NCBI GenBank assembly: GCA_963631155.1
Contig: CAVGPK010000004.1
Location: forward strand, 1,836 to 65,835
Origin: a bacterium
GTDB taxonomy: Bacteria; Bacillota_I; Bacilli_A; Erysipelotrichales; Erysipelotrichaceae
Reading direction: 5' to 3'
Length of the DNA stretch: 64,000 bases
Shown here: positions 31,148 through 42,310 of the stretch, piece after piece
Numbering within the stretch: position 1 is the stretch's first letter
How the letters are laid out: each line of letters begins with the position of its first letter
Program-made: the position numbers and the translations under genes
The notes under the pieces: generated by a model
Database searches by the model: none
Told to the model about the DNA's origin: nothing
Seen by the model: the letters and a program-made list of their open reading frames with translations, nothing else

Positions 31148-31892
31148 AATCCTTTTTAATCTCCCTTCTTAAAAATTCTTTTGTCCTTTCTTCTTTTGGA
31201 TTTTCAAAAAAATCTTTTGAATTTCCTTCCTCAACAATTTTTCCGTTTTCAATCAAAATTACACGATTAGAAACGTTTTGCGCAAAAGACATCTCATGCG
31301 TAACCACCATCATGGTCATGCCTTCATTTGCCAAATCTCTAATAACACTTAATACTTCACCAATTAATTCAGGATCCAATGCACTTGTGGGTTCATCAAA
31401 ATAAATAATTTCCGGATTCATAGCCAAGGCTCGTGCAATCGCAACACGCTGTTGTTGTCCACCCGATAAAGCTGACGGATAATGATCTGCCCAATCTTTA
31501 AGTCCAACTTTTTGTAACATTTCAAATCCAATTTTTTCTGCTTGTTCTTTTGACATCTTTCTAGCCAATGTTAATCCTAAAGTTACATTTTCCAAAGCTG
31601 TCTTATTCGCAAATAAATTGTAATTTTGAAACACAAAACCCGTCTTTTGACGAATATCTCCAATTTCTTTTTTTGAAATGTTAGCAAATGCGTAGTGTTG
31701 ATCATCAAAAACAAATTCGCCTTGATCTGCCGTTTCTAAAAAATTTAAACATCTTAGTAATGTTGTTTTTCCTGATCCACTCGGACCTAAAACTGCGATC
31801 ACATCCCCCTTATTGACGGTTAGATCTATACCATTCAAAACAGATAACGAACCAAAGGCTTTGTGTATATTTTTCACTGATAAAACCGACAT
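31131..31892 (-). CDS. Polar amino-acid ABC ATPase
   Basis: [39 protein letters not shown]. Confidence 0.92.
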   Translation of the reverse strand: MSVLSVKNIHKAFGSLSVLNGIDLTVNKGDVIAVLGPSGSGKTTLLRCLNFLETADQGEFVFDDQHYAFANISKKEIGDIRQKTGFVFQNYNLFANKTALENVTLGLTLARKMSKEQAEKIGFEMLQKVGLKDWADHYPSALSGGQQQRVAIARALAMNPEIIYFDEPTSALDPELIGEVLSVIRDLANEGMTMMVVTHEMSFAQNVSNRVILIENGKIVEEGNSKDFFENPKEERTKEFLRREIKKDYEEVM

Positions 31893-31896
31893 TCTC

Positions 31897-32556
31897 TTAC
31901 CCCCAATAACTTAATTTCTTTTCACACCAAGATTGAACCCAAGTAAGAATCGTACAGAAAATTAAATAGACAAGAGCCACTTCAATATATAGCTGCATGA
32001 ATTGATATGTTCTTCCTGCAATTCTTTCTGTCTGCATAAACATTTCAGTTACAGTTATGTTTGCAGCTAAGGATGTATCCTTTACTAATGAAATCAAGTT
32101 GTTGAAAAGAGATGGAAAAGCTGAACGAAAGGCTTGTGGTAAAACAATATGTATCATAATTTGTACATAGCTTAATCCCACACAATAACCTGCCTCCATT
32201 TGTCCCTTTGGAACACTTTCGATAGATCCACGAATTGTCTCTGCACAATATGCTCCTGTATTTAAAGAAAATACAATAATTGCTGCTACAATCGCACTTA
32301 TACGAATGCCAATAGATTGCATTCCAAAATACATAATAAACAATTGTACAAGCATGGGCGTTCCTCTAAAAATCCAAATATAAAATTGTACAATTCGGCG
32401 TGCAACTGGAATTTTTGCGTATTGAATCAATGCACAAACAACAGCCAAGATCATCGCAAAGAAAAAGGATATCAAAGCAAGTGGTATCGTCATCATAATT
32501 CCTGAAACAAATATTTTAGGAAAGGACTCTACTAACAATGCGTATATATCAGACAT
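31897..32556 (-). CDS. Polar amino-acid ABC permease
   Basis: FRGTP.LVQLF, AE.IRG...VPKGQ.EA, VKDTSL. Confidence 0.92.
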   Translation of the reverse strand: MSDIYALLVESFPKIFVSGIMMTIPLALISFFFAMILAVVCALIQYAKIPVARRIVQFYIWIFRGTPMLVQLFIMYFGMQSIGIRISAIVAAIIVFSLNTGAYCAETIRGSIESVPKGQMEAGYCVGLSYVQIMIHIVLPQAFRSAFPSLFNNLISLVKDTSLAANITVTEMFMQTERIAGRTYQFMQLYIEVALVYLIFCTILTWVQSWCEKKLSYWG

Positions 32557-32585
32557 GTGATCACTCCTAATCAATTGATGTGTAT

Positions 32586-32616
32586 ATCATACACCATAAA
32601 GCTAACTTTAGGCCAA
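32586..32616 (-). promoter_or_regulatory. MerR-type promoter (19-bp spacer) with operator CCTAAAG-N4-CTTTATG
   Basis: TTGGCC-N19-TATGAT; the dyad in the spacer nearly matches the one at 33502-33523. Confidence 0.75.
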
Positions 32617-32644
32617 GCAAGTGCCCAAAAAAAGAAGACTCAAT

Positions 32645-33382
32645 CTAATGAGCCTTCATATATTCAAAGTATTCTTTACCAACTTGATCTCTTTTCCATC
32701 CACTAACAATTTTATATCCTGGATATGAGAATACAATTTCGCATAGTGTTTCTACAAGCATTCCTGTAAACGCACATACAAAACATTGAACCAATGTCCA
32801 ACCAAAGAATTGGTGGGAAACGATCAAAGCGAAAACTAAGTTATCACAGAACTGACCAATAGCGGTTGATAGATAAGAGCGTAATGCGTAAGATTTAAAG
32901 TTACCTGAATCATGGCTTGCCTTACCTAAAAGAGCATTTGTATAGTTATTTACAATGGCTGAAACAATAAAGGCAATCGTACTACCTAAAAGTACATACC
33001 AAGTTCCACCGATTGTACTATCTAATGCTGCATTGATCACATCTTGAGCGCCATCCACATAAGAAGCACCCCATACACCTGAAATCACACTGGCAACGAA
33101 GAAAATCACACACATTCCCAAGTTAACAAGCACAGCAACGATTGAAGCTTGTGTCGCTGCTTTAGGACCAAAATGCTTCGTGATGACATCCATACTTAGA
33201 AATGACATCCAGGAAACGATAATTCCACAATCTAGAGCCATAAAGCTAAATGGTAAATTTACACTTTTGTTGGCTAAAAGATTCATTGTCACAACTGAGA
33301 CAACAAACAATGTCATTGTGATGCTAGGAATGTTTCTCATCAGCACCTTAATCTCTGCTACTTCCGTTTTTAATTTATTCAT
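32645..33382 (-). CDS. VUT/YhhQ-family queuosine precursor transporter
   Basis: NLLANK, D..TKHFG, STAIGQF.DN..F; preQ1 riboswitch upstream. Confidence 0.85.
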   Translation of the reverse strand: MNKLKTEVAEIKVLMRNIPSITMTLFVVSVVTMNLLANKSVNLPFSFMALDCGIIVSWMSFLSMDVITKHFGPKAATQASIVAVLVNLGMCVIFFVASVISGVWGASYVDGAQDVINAALDSTIGGTWYVLLGSTIAFIVSAIVNNYTNALLGKASHDSGNFKSYALRSYLSTAIGQFCDNLVFALIVSHQFFGWTLVQCFVCAFTGMLVETLCEIVFSYPGYKIVSGWKRDQVGKEYFEYMKAH

Positions 33383-33390
33383 TTGTATAT

Positions 33391-33433
33391 CCTCCTGTTT
33401 TTTTAAAGATGGTTGGGAAGCAAAACATCTTTA
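33391..33433 (-). promoter_or_regulatory. preQ1 class I riboswitch (translational)
   Basis: UAAAGAUG-UUUUGCUUCCCAAC-CAUCUUUA stem-loop, then an A-tract and CAGGAGG; loop CUUCC can pair with the SD. Confidence 0.8.
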
Positions 33434-33448
33434 CTACAAAACGTGACT

Positions 33449-33500
33449 ATTATAGCACAGTCTCTCTAGGCTTGACAAAAAGTAAAAATAATTCAATAAT
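33449..33500. promoter_or_regulatory. Overlapping divergent sigma-A promoters (VUT gene / merR)
   Basis: Minus TTGTCA-N18-TATAAT with TG extension; plus TTGACA-N17-AATAAT. Confidence 0.7.
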
Positions 33501-33501
33501 A

Positions 33502-33523
33502 CTCCTAAAGTTGACTTTAGGAG
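33502..33523. promoter_or_regulatory. MerR (AdhR-like) operator overlapping the merR RBS
   Basis: Perfect inverted repeat CTCCTAAAGT-TG-ACTTTAGGAG. Confidence 0.75.
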
Positions 33524-33530
33524 GTATTTT

Positions 33531-33974
33531 ATGTTTTCAATAGGACAAGTTTCACAAATGTTTGATCTACCCATCTCTACATTACGTTATTATGATAATG
33601 AAGGTTTATTTCCGAATCTTAAAAGAATTTCAGGAGTAAGAAAATTCGATGAATCAACCATCGCAACCCTTCATTTAATAGAGTGTTTAAAACAATCCGG
33701 ACTCGAAATTAAAGATATCAAACAATTTATTGAATGGACGCAACAAGGTCCTTCCACATATCAAAAAAGATTAGACTTGCTCCAGAAACAAAAAGAACAA
33801 GTGGATATCGAAATGAAAAAGCTTAAAAAAACACAGGCTATGTTGGAATTTAAATGTTGGTACTACCAAACTGCCATTCATGATGGCAATGAAGCTCATA
33901 TTCATGATATGTTGCCAGATCATCTTCCAAAAGACATTCAAGCCTTATATGATGAGGCACATAATGACGATTAA
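33531..33974 (+). CDS. MerR-family regulator (AdhR/NmlR-like)
   Basis: FSIGQVS......STLRYYD.EGL, GVRKF, IECLKQSGL with conserved Cys. Confidence 0.9.
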   Translation: MFSIGQVSQMFDLPISTLRYYDNEGLFPNLKRISGVRKFDESTIATLHLIECLKQSGLEIKDIKQFIEWTQQGPSTYQKRLDLLQKQKEQVDIEMKKLKKTQAMLEFKCWYYQTAIHDGNEAHIHDMLPDHLPKDIQALYDEAHNDD

Positions 33975-35031
33975 GCTTTACGAACAAGATGCCTATCAAA
34001 TTGAATTTGATGCACACGTTCTCTTTCAAGCCAAACAAGAAGGCAGTTATGATATTGTTCTAGATCAAACTGCCTTTTTTCCAGAAGAAGGTGGACAAAC
34101 CTGTGATCAAGGAACATTGAATGGAATCCATGTGATTGATGTTCAAATAAAAAAAGGCATTATTCATCATTATACAAAAGAAAAAATTGAATCTATTGTT
34201 CATGGAAAGATTGATTGGAAACACCGCTATTCCAACATGCAAAATCATACTGGAGAACATATCTTATCTGGCCTCATGCACAGTCAATATCAACTCAACA
34301 ATATTGGCTTTCATTTAGGAACAAACGAAATTACTGCGGATTATGATGGCTTTTTAAATGATGAACAAATACAAAATATAGAACAAAAAATAAATGAAAT
34401 CATACAAGAAAATCATAAAGTAAAAGCCTACTACTTAGATGATTACACAAATGTTGAATATCGAGCCAAACTTGATATTTCTAAGCCTAGACTCATTGAG
34501 ATTGCAGGTATCGATCTTTGCGCCTGTTGTGCACCTCATGTACATAGTACAAGTGAAGTAGGAATTTTTAAAATCATCAAATCCACGAAAATCAAACATG
34601 GTACTCGTCTTTATTTTTTATGTGGAAGCTTAGCCTATCAAGATTACGCTTTAAAGCATAATGAAATAAAAAATATTTCAAACGCTTTATCAGCAAATCC
34701 TTATAAAACGAGTGATCATGTTCAAAAACTTCTTGATGAAAACTATAAATTAAAGATGGAAATCAAATCTCTTCATAAACAAAGAATTGATGATAAAAGC
34801 ATTCCTTACCAAGAAAATCACATTGTATTTGAAGAAGGTTTAGATAGAGAAACGCAACTTTATTATTTTAACCGTTTACTTGAAAAAGCAAACAAGAATG
34901 TACTTTTAATTTCTGGTAATCGTTTTATGACCAATAATCTAGAAACTCTTGCAGAATATAAGTATCGTGGTGGTGGAAAGAATGGTTTCTATCAAGGAAC
35001 AATCCTGTTGGATCAAAACAACACTTTTTAA
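33964..35031 (+). CDS. Alanyl-tRNA editing protein (AlaX-like)
   Basis: LDQTAFFPEEGGQ..DQG, MQNHTGEHILS, CCAPHV, C-terminal GGG. Confidence 0.88.
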   Translation: MTIKLYEQDAYQIEFDAHVLFQAKQEGSYDIVLDQTAFFPEEGGQTCDQGTLNGIHVIDVQIKKGIIHHYTKEKIESIVHGKIDWKHRYSNMQNHTGEHILSGLMHSQYQLNNIGFHLGTNEITADYDGFLNDEQIQNIEQKINEIIQENHKVKAYYLDDYTNVEYRAKLDISKPRLIEIAGIDLCACCAPHVHSTSEVGIFKIIKSTKIKHGTRLYFLCGSLAYQDYALKHNEIKNISNALSANPYKTSDHVQKLLDENYKLKMEIKSLHKQRIDDKSIPYQENHIVFEEGLDRETQLYYFNRLLEKANKNVLLISGNRFMTNNLETLAEYKYRGGGKNGFYQGTILLDQNNTF

Positions 35032-35040
35032 TATCCATCT

Positions 35041-35340
35041 TTACTTACTTTCAATATCAGCACCTAAACGAGACGTTACGAGCTTCATGCACCTTTTCGC
35101 ATGAGCTAAATGGAGTGGGTGCTTTTTAAATGTATTTAAAGCATCCAAATCTTTAAATTCAGAATAGAACACTAAATCATACGCATTCGATTCTAGATTG
35201 GTATCTATTTCTACCTGCAATAATCCATCAATTGCTTTTAATGTTTGTACAGATTGTTTTAGCTGAACCAAAGCTTCTTTTTCTTGATGGTTATTTTTCA
35301 CTTCATTCGTATACTTCCATAACAATATATGTCGAATCAT
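35041..35340 (-). CDS. Dabb-family protein
   Basis: MIRHILLWK, YDLV.YSEF, HPLH. Confidence 0.85.
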   Translation of the reverse strand: MIRHILLWKYTNEVKNNHQEKEALVQLKQSVQTLKAIDGLLQVEIDTNLESNAYDLVFYSEFKDLDALNTFKKHPLHLAHAKRCMKLVTSRLGADIESK

Positions 35341-36149
35341 AATTCAACCTCCCTACAATTCATAAACAATTGTTCAATCTTTTCTTGTGTTAGCACAATC
35401 AATCGATGATTGGCATCATAATAATGATATTGATCGATACTATCCAAAAAATCCTTATATGGAATACATTTTGTATCCAAAACCGCAAGCCATCGATCCA
35501 CCTGACAAAAGGTATCAGGCTCAACAGGAAGAATCGTTGGTAAATTCGCTCCAATCGCAAACATACCTGTTCGAATTCCATGTATATCATAGATTCGTGG
35601 AGCTGCATAATAGGCATCCATCTGCTGTTTCGAATGAAGATAGTTCCCAAACAAATCTAAATCCGTTTGGAAATAATCCAACTCCCTCTTCCCTATAGAT
35701 ATAGGATGGAGGACTCCATAAATCGTAAAATAGGAATCCGTCTCTTTTTCCATTAAATCCCTTAATGCATCCGCACTCGTTCTTTTGTCATAGGCCATAA
35801 GTAAGTCAATATCGTTTACACTCACATATTCCATATCCCTAACAAATTCATCTTGTTCCATAAATTCACAATAAAGTTTGATTAAATAATAAAACAATTG
35901 AATCTCATCCATACTTGTAGGAAAAGACAAACGTAACCAAATATCATGATTCTCAATATACAGTTCAATACCTCTTTGAAGATAGGCCCGATCAAATAAA
36001 AGAGTATGCCTGGAAATTTGATTTGGAATCAAACGATTGTTCTCATCCACACTTCCAAAGGCAAGATGGGACATATGCACTAAATCTTCTATTGTGAATT
36101 TTTTTCTTTTAAAAAATCCTTTTTGCTCAATACAAACATCACAAGCCAT
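35337..36149 (-). CDS. DUF4299-family hypothetical protein
   Basis: RGIE, L..PTS..EI..FY, KQQ.DAYYA.P, YDA.H motifs recalled for this family. Confidence 0.65.
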   Translation of the reverse strand: MACDVCIEQKGFFKRKKFTIEDLVHMSHLAFGSVDENNRLIPNQISRHTLLFDRAYLQRGIELYIENHDIWLRLSFPTSMDEIQLFYYLIKLYCEFMEQDEFVRDMEYVSVNDIDLLMAYDKRTSADALRDLMEKETDSYFTIYGVLHPISIGKRELDYFQTDLDLFGNYLHSKQQMDAYYAAPRIYDIHGIRTGMFAIGANLPTILPVEPDTFCQVDRWLAVLDTKCIPYKDFLDSIDQYHYYDANHRLIVLTQEKIEQLFMNCREVEL

Positions 36150-36234
36150 ACCATCACCCAATTTCTATACCTATAGTATAATACAAATTCAATCATGAAA
36201 GCGCTATACAATAAGGTTAGACTTACGAAAAAAT

Positions 36235-36290
36235 TGAAAACGTTTACTTGTGAAAAATTCGTTGATTTGTGAAAAACATCGGAGTAAAAT
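36235..36290 (+). promoter_or_regulatory. atp operon promoter with upstream cre-like site
   Basis: TTGATT(36262)-N17-TAAAAT(36285); TGAAAACGTTTACT at 36235-36248 resembles a CcpA cre. Confidence 0.6.
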
Positions 36291-36304
36291 GACTAAAGTT
36301 AGAA

Positions 36305-36371
36305 AGAATGAAGGTTAAACCCGCAAGAAACGCTACGGATTTATGGCCGGCTTTCTTGCCTTTTGTTTTTT
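36305..36371 (+). promoter_or_regulatory. Structured atp leader with terminator; candidate riboswitch/attenuator
   Basis: GC-rich segment between promoter and RBS; GCAAGAAA/TTTCTTGC stem followed by CTTTTGTTTTTT. Confidence 0.55.
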
Positions 36372-36400
36372 CTAGGAGAGGAGGAACATCGTCAACAAAA

Positions 36401-37084
36401 ATGGAAGAATTTACCAATGAACTGTTAGATCAGTTAAACGCGAATACAGCATTCACAATTGGTCCATTTGAAATTAGCGAATCCGTCGTTGTCACATGGA
36501 TTATTATGGCTGTATTGATTGTGCTTTCAATCTGGCTAACCCGAGGATTGAAGGTGCATAACCCCAGCAAGAAACAGGTCGTCGTCGAAATGATTGTATC
36601 TTGGCTCGATTCATTTACTCAATCTATGTTAGGTGAAAACGCAAAGGAATATAGTGGCATAATTGCGACTTTATTAATCTATATAGGCTTTTCAAACATT
36701 ATTGGAGTATTTGGATTTAAGCCACCTACAAAAGACATGAACTGTACGATTGCCCTATCTTTAATCAGTATATTCCTTATTGAAATGAGTGGAATACGAG
36801 CTAAAGGTAGAAAGGGTTGGTTAAAAAGCTTTACACAACCGATTGCGATTGTTACTCCAATCAACATTTTAGATTTAGTAACAAGACCCTTATCGTTGTG
36901 TATGCGACTATTTGGAAATGTACTCGGTGCATTCGTTATTATGGAATTAATTAAAATGGTTGTTCCCGTATTCATTCCAATGGTATTTAGCCTATATTTT
37001 GATTTTTTCGATGGCATGATACAAGCCTATGTCTTTGTATTTTTGACATCACTATTTATTGCGGAAGCAACAGAAACAGAATAA
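36401..37084 (+). CDS. atpB: F1Fo ATP synthase subunit a
   Basis: PPT.D, RPLSL.MRLFGN..G, QAYVF..LT. Confidence 0.95.
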   Translation: MEEFTNELLDQLNANTAFTIGPFEISESVVVTWIIMAVLIVLSIWLTRGLKVHNPSKKQVVVEMIVSWLDSFTQSMLGENAKEYSGIIATLLIYIGFSNIIGVFGFKPPTKDMNCTIALSLISIFLIEMSGIRAKGRKGWLKSFTQPIAIVTPINILDLVTRPLSLCMRLFGNVLGAFVIMELIKMVVPVFIPMVFSLYFDFFDGMIQAYVFVFLTSLFIAEATETE

Positions 37085-37105
37085 ACATTTTAGGAGGAAA
37101 ATTAT

Positions 37106-37327
37106 ATGAGTTTAACAGCATTAGGAGTAGGAATGTGTGCATTAGCCGTTATCGGTGGAGGACTAGGAATTGGTATCGCAACAAGCAGTGCCGTAAAAGC
37201 CATCGCCCAACAACCTGAGGCCGATTCAAAAATCCAACGTAATCTATTGTTAGGTGCTGCCTTAGCTGAAGCCACAGCCATCTACGGATTCGTATTAGGT
37301 ATTTTAATTATCTTAATGGTTAAGTAG
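37106..37327 (+). CDS. atpE: F1Fo ATP synthase subunit c
   Basis: GxGxGxG, AQQPEA loop, LAEATAIYG. Confidence 0.95.
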   Translation: MSLTALGVGMCALAVIGGGLGIGIATSSAVKAIAQQPEADSKIQRNLLLGAALAEATAIYGFVLGILIILMVK

Positions 37328-37341
37328 AAAGGGTTCATTCT

Positions 37342-37806
37342 ATGTTAAGAATCGATTCCAATATTATTTGGACAATAATCAACCTATTGATTCTTTACTT
37401 TTTTATGATGAAATTTCTATTTAAACCTGTACGCAACATTATTAATCAGCGTAACGAAGAGATTAATGCATCGTTTAAAGATGTAGAGAATCAAAAAAAG
37501 CAAGCTCAACAACTTAAAGAGCAAGCCGACCAACAACTTCAAAACATGAATGTCTTATGTGATGAAAAACTAGCAAGTGCCAAAGCACAGGCAAGTCAAG
37601 AGTATGAAAGAATCATTGCGGATGCCAATGCGAAATCCAATGAAATTCTTGAAAACACGCGTAAACAAACACAAGAAGTTGCCAAGGCTGAACAGGCAAA
37701 AGCACAAGCAGAAATTGCGAATATGATTGATGTTGCCTCTAAAAAGATCACCGATCAAAAGAGCGATGAAAAATTATATGACGATTTCTTTAAGGAAATG
37801 GAATAA
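37342..37806 (+). CDS. atpF: F1Fo ATP synthase subunit b
   Basis: N-terminal TM, KFLFKPV...I..R, coiled coil. Confidence 0.9.
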   Translation: MLRIDSNIIWTIINLLILYFFMMKFLFKPVRNIINQRNEEINASFKDVENQKKQAQQLKEQADQQLQNMNVLCDEKLASAKAQASQEYERIIADANAKSNEILENTRKQTQEVAKAEQAKAQAEIANMIDVASKKITDQKSDEKLYDDFFKEME

Positions 37807-37809
37807 AGG

Positions 37810-39567
37810 ATGGTGCATATGACAGAAAAGAATATACAAGCAACTTTGCGCTGTGTGACACGTCCAAATGAAACACAAGCTGAAAAATTTAAAACTTTTA
37901 TTAAAAACAAATACAATAGCGATGATATTGAATTAAATATTCAAATTGATGCATCTGTTCGTGGCGGATTTATCTTAACTGTTGGAAACGATGAATATGA
38001 CTGGTCCACACGTTCTAGACAAGAACAATTGTCCGATCAAATCAAAGCTGCAAGAGATAAAGCCCTTCAAATGAAAAAAGACGGAACTCTTATGAGCATT
38101 TTAAAAGAGGCCATCGAACAATTTGAAGCGCAATCCCAACAAAATGAAGTGGGATATGTAGAAACTGTAGGAGATGGAATCGCCACTCTATCTGGACTTG
38201 ACCATGCGATGTATGGGGAAGTTGTTGTCTTTGAAAACGGAACCAAAGGAATGGTTCAAGACATTTCAACGGATGGAATTGGCGTTATCCTATTTGATCA
38301 AGAAGGTACAATTGGACAAGGTACGAAAGTATCCCGTACAAAACTACAAGCCGGTATCCCTGTTGGAGATAATTTCTTAGGAAGAGTTGTCGATCCATTA
38401 GGAAACCCAATTGATGGACAAGGTCCTATTGAATCGACTGAAATTCGTCCTGTTGAAGAGCCTGCCCCAAGTATTATTGATCGTAAGCCTGTTACAACTC
38501 CGCTTGAAACAGGTATCCTATCAATCGATGCGATGTTCCCTATCGGTAGAGGGCAACGTGAATTGATTATCGGAGATCGTCAAACAGGTAAAACTTCAAT
38601 TGCCTTAGATACGATTTTAAATCAAAAAGGAAAAGATTGTATTTGCATCTATGTTTCGATTGCCCAAAAGGCATCTACCGTTGCCAATTTGGTCAACACA
38701 TTAAAGAAAAATGGAGCTTTGGACTATACGATTGTCGTTACTTCTACAGCAGCCGATAGTGCAAGCTTACAATATATTGCCCCTTATTCAGCCACTTCAT
38801 TAGCCGAATACTTTATGCACAATGGAAAAGATGTACTCATTGTCTATGATGATTTATCTAAGCATGCGGTTGCTTATCGTACAATTTCATTGTTGTTAGG
38901 AAGAAGTCCTGGTCGTGAAGCCTATCCTGGAGATGTATTCTACTTACATTCTCGTCTATTGGAAAGAAGCTCACGTTTATGTGATGAAAAGGGTGGAGGC
39001 TCTATTACAGCGTTACCAATCATTGAAACTCAAGATGGCGATGTAAGTGCCTATATTCCAACAAACGTTATTTCTATTACAGATGGACAAATCTTCTTAG
39101 AAAGTGATCTATTCTTTGAAGGTCAAAGGCCTGCCGTAAACGTTGGTTTGAGTGTTAGCCGTGTTGGTGGTGCTGCACAGACTAAAGCTATGAAAAAGGC
39201 TTCTGGATCTTTACGTATTAATTTGGCCCAATATCGAGAAATGAAAGAATTCACCCAATTCTCTTCGGATTTGGATGAGTCTACGAAGAAACAATTGAAT
39301 CATGGACAAATTTTAATGGAGCTTTTAAAACAACCATTAAATCATCCTATGGCTCAAAGTGATCAAATCTTATCATTAGTCATTGCGGATGCGGACTTAT
39401 TTAGTGGTGTAGATATTGAAAATCTAAAAGAAGATCAAAATCAATTGCTCGCATGGATCAATGAAAAACATCCAGAATTTGCGAGTGAAATCAACACGAC
39501 AAAGGTTTTGGATGACAATTTAAAATCTCGTATTATCAAGGCAGCAAAAGAATATCGAGGAAACTAG
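37810..39567 (+). CDS. atpA: ATP synthase alpha subunit with N-terminal fused delta-like domain
   Basis: VGDGIA, GDRQTGKT, PGREAYPGDVFYLHSRLLER; N-terminal extension contains ID.S..GGF...VG...YD.S. Confidence 0.95.
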   Translation: MVHMTEKNIQATLRCVTRPNETQAEKFKTFIKNKYNSDDIELNIQIDASVRGGFILTVGNDEYDWSTRSRQEQLSDQIKAARDKALQMKKDGTLMSILKEAIEQFEAQSQQNEVGYVETVGDGIATLSGLDHAMYGEVVVFENGTKGMVQDISTDGIGVILFDQEGTIGQGTKVSRTKLQAGIPVGDNFLGRVVDPLGNPIDGQGPIESTEIRPVEEPAPSIIDRKPVTTPLETGILSIDAMFPIGRGQRELIIGDRQTGKTSIALDTILNQKGKDCICIYVSIAQKASTVANLVNTLKKNGALDYTIVVTSTAADSASLQYIAPYSATSLAEYFMHNGKDVLIVYDDLSKHAVAYRTISLLLGRSPGREAYPGDVFYLHSRLLERSSRLCDEKGGGSITALPIIETQDGDVSAYIPTNVISITDGQIFLESDLFFEGQRPAVNVGLSVSRVGGAAQTKAMKKASGSLRINLAQYREMKEFTQFSSDLDESTKKQLNHGQILMELLKQPLNHPMAQSDQILSLVIADADLFSGVDIENLKEDQNQLLAWINEKHPEFASEINTTKVLDDNLKSRIIKAAKEYRGN

Positions 39568-39569
39568 AT

Positions 39570-41863
<2,294 letters not shown>

Positions 41864-41865
41864 TT

Positions 41866-42279
41866 ATGGCTGCTTTGTTTGACTTACAAATTCTTGCGAG
41901 TGATCATGTGTTTTATGATGGCAAAGCGCAAGTTTTAACCATTCATACGCCAATTGGCAGTAAACAATTTCTAGCTAACCATGTCAATACGATTTTTGCG
42001 ATTACGCCTGGTGAATTAAAAATTCGTAAAGAGGATGGTGAAGAAATCGTTGTCGTCGGTGGTATGGGTACTATGGTTTTTGCGAATAATAAAGCCGAAG
42101 TTTTAGTAGATACATGTGAAACCCAAGAAGAATTGGATGAAAGGCGTGCCAAAGAGGCTTTGGAAAGAGCAAAAGAAAGAATGCGTCAGAAACAGTCACA
42201 AAGAGAGTATCAAATGTCTCAGATGGCGATGGCTCGTGCTTTAGCTCGTCTACAATTCAAAGATAAACAGATACATTAA
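41866..42279 (+). CDS. atpC: ATP synthase epsilon subunit
   Basis: LANH...PG.L, C-terminal RA.EA..RA...RALARL. Confidence 0.92.
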   Translation: MAALFDLQILASDHVFYDGKAQVLTIHTPIGSKQFLANHVNTIFAITPGELKIRKEDGEEIVVVGGMGTMVFANNKAEVLVDTCETQEELDERRAKEALERAKERMRQKQSQREYQMSQMAMARALARLQFKDKQIH

Positions 42280-42310
42280 TAGGTTGAGAATCATTCCCAA
42301 CCTATTTTTT
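42278..42310. terminator. Terminator after atpC, convergent with the AAA gene
   Basis: AATAGGTTG/CAACCTATT plus T-run. Confidence 0.8.

Noticed and set aside
36248..36280. Rex boxes (TTGTGAA half-sites) at the atp promoter
   Set aside because: Only left half-sites match; the right halves deviate too far from TTCACAA to support a call.
36308..36400. N-terminal extension of atpB
   Set aside because: It corresponds to the structured leader and terminator; GGAGG and ATG 36401 give a normal subunit a.
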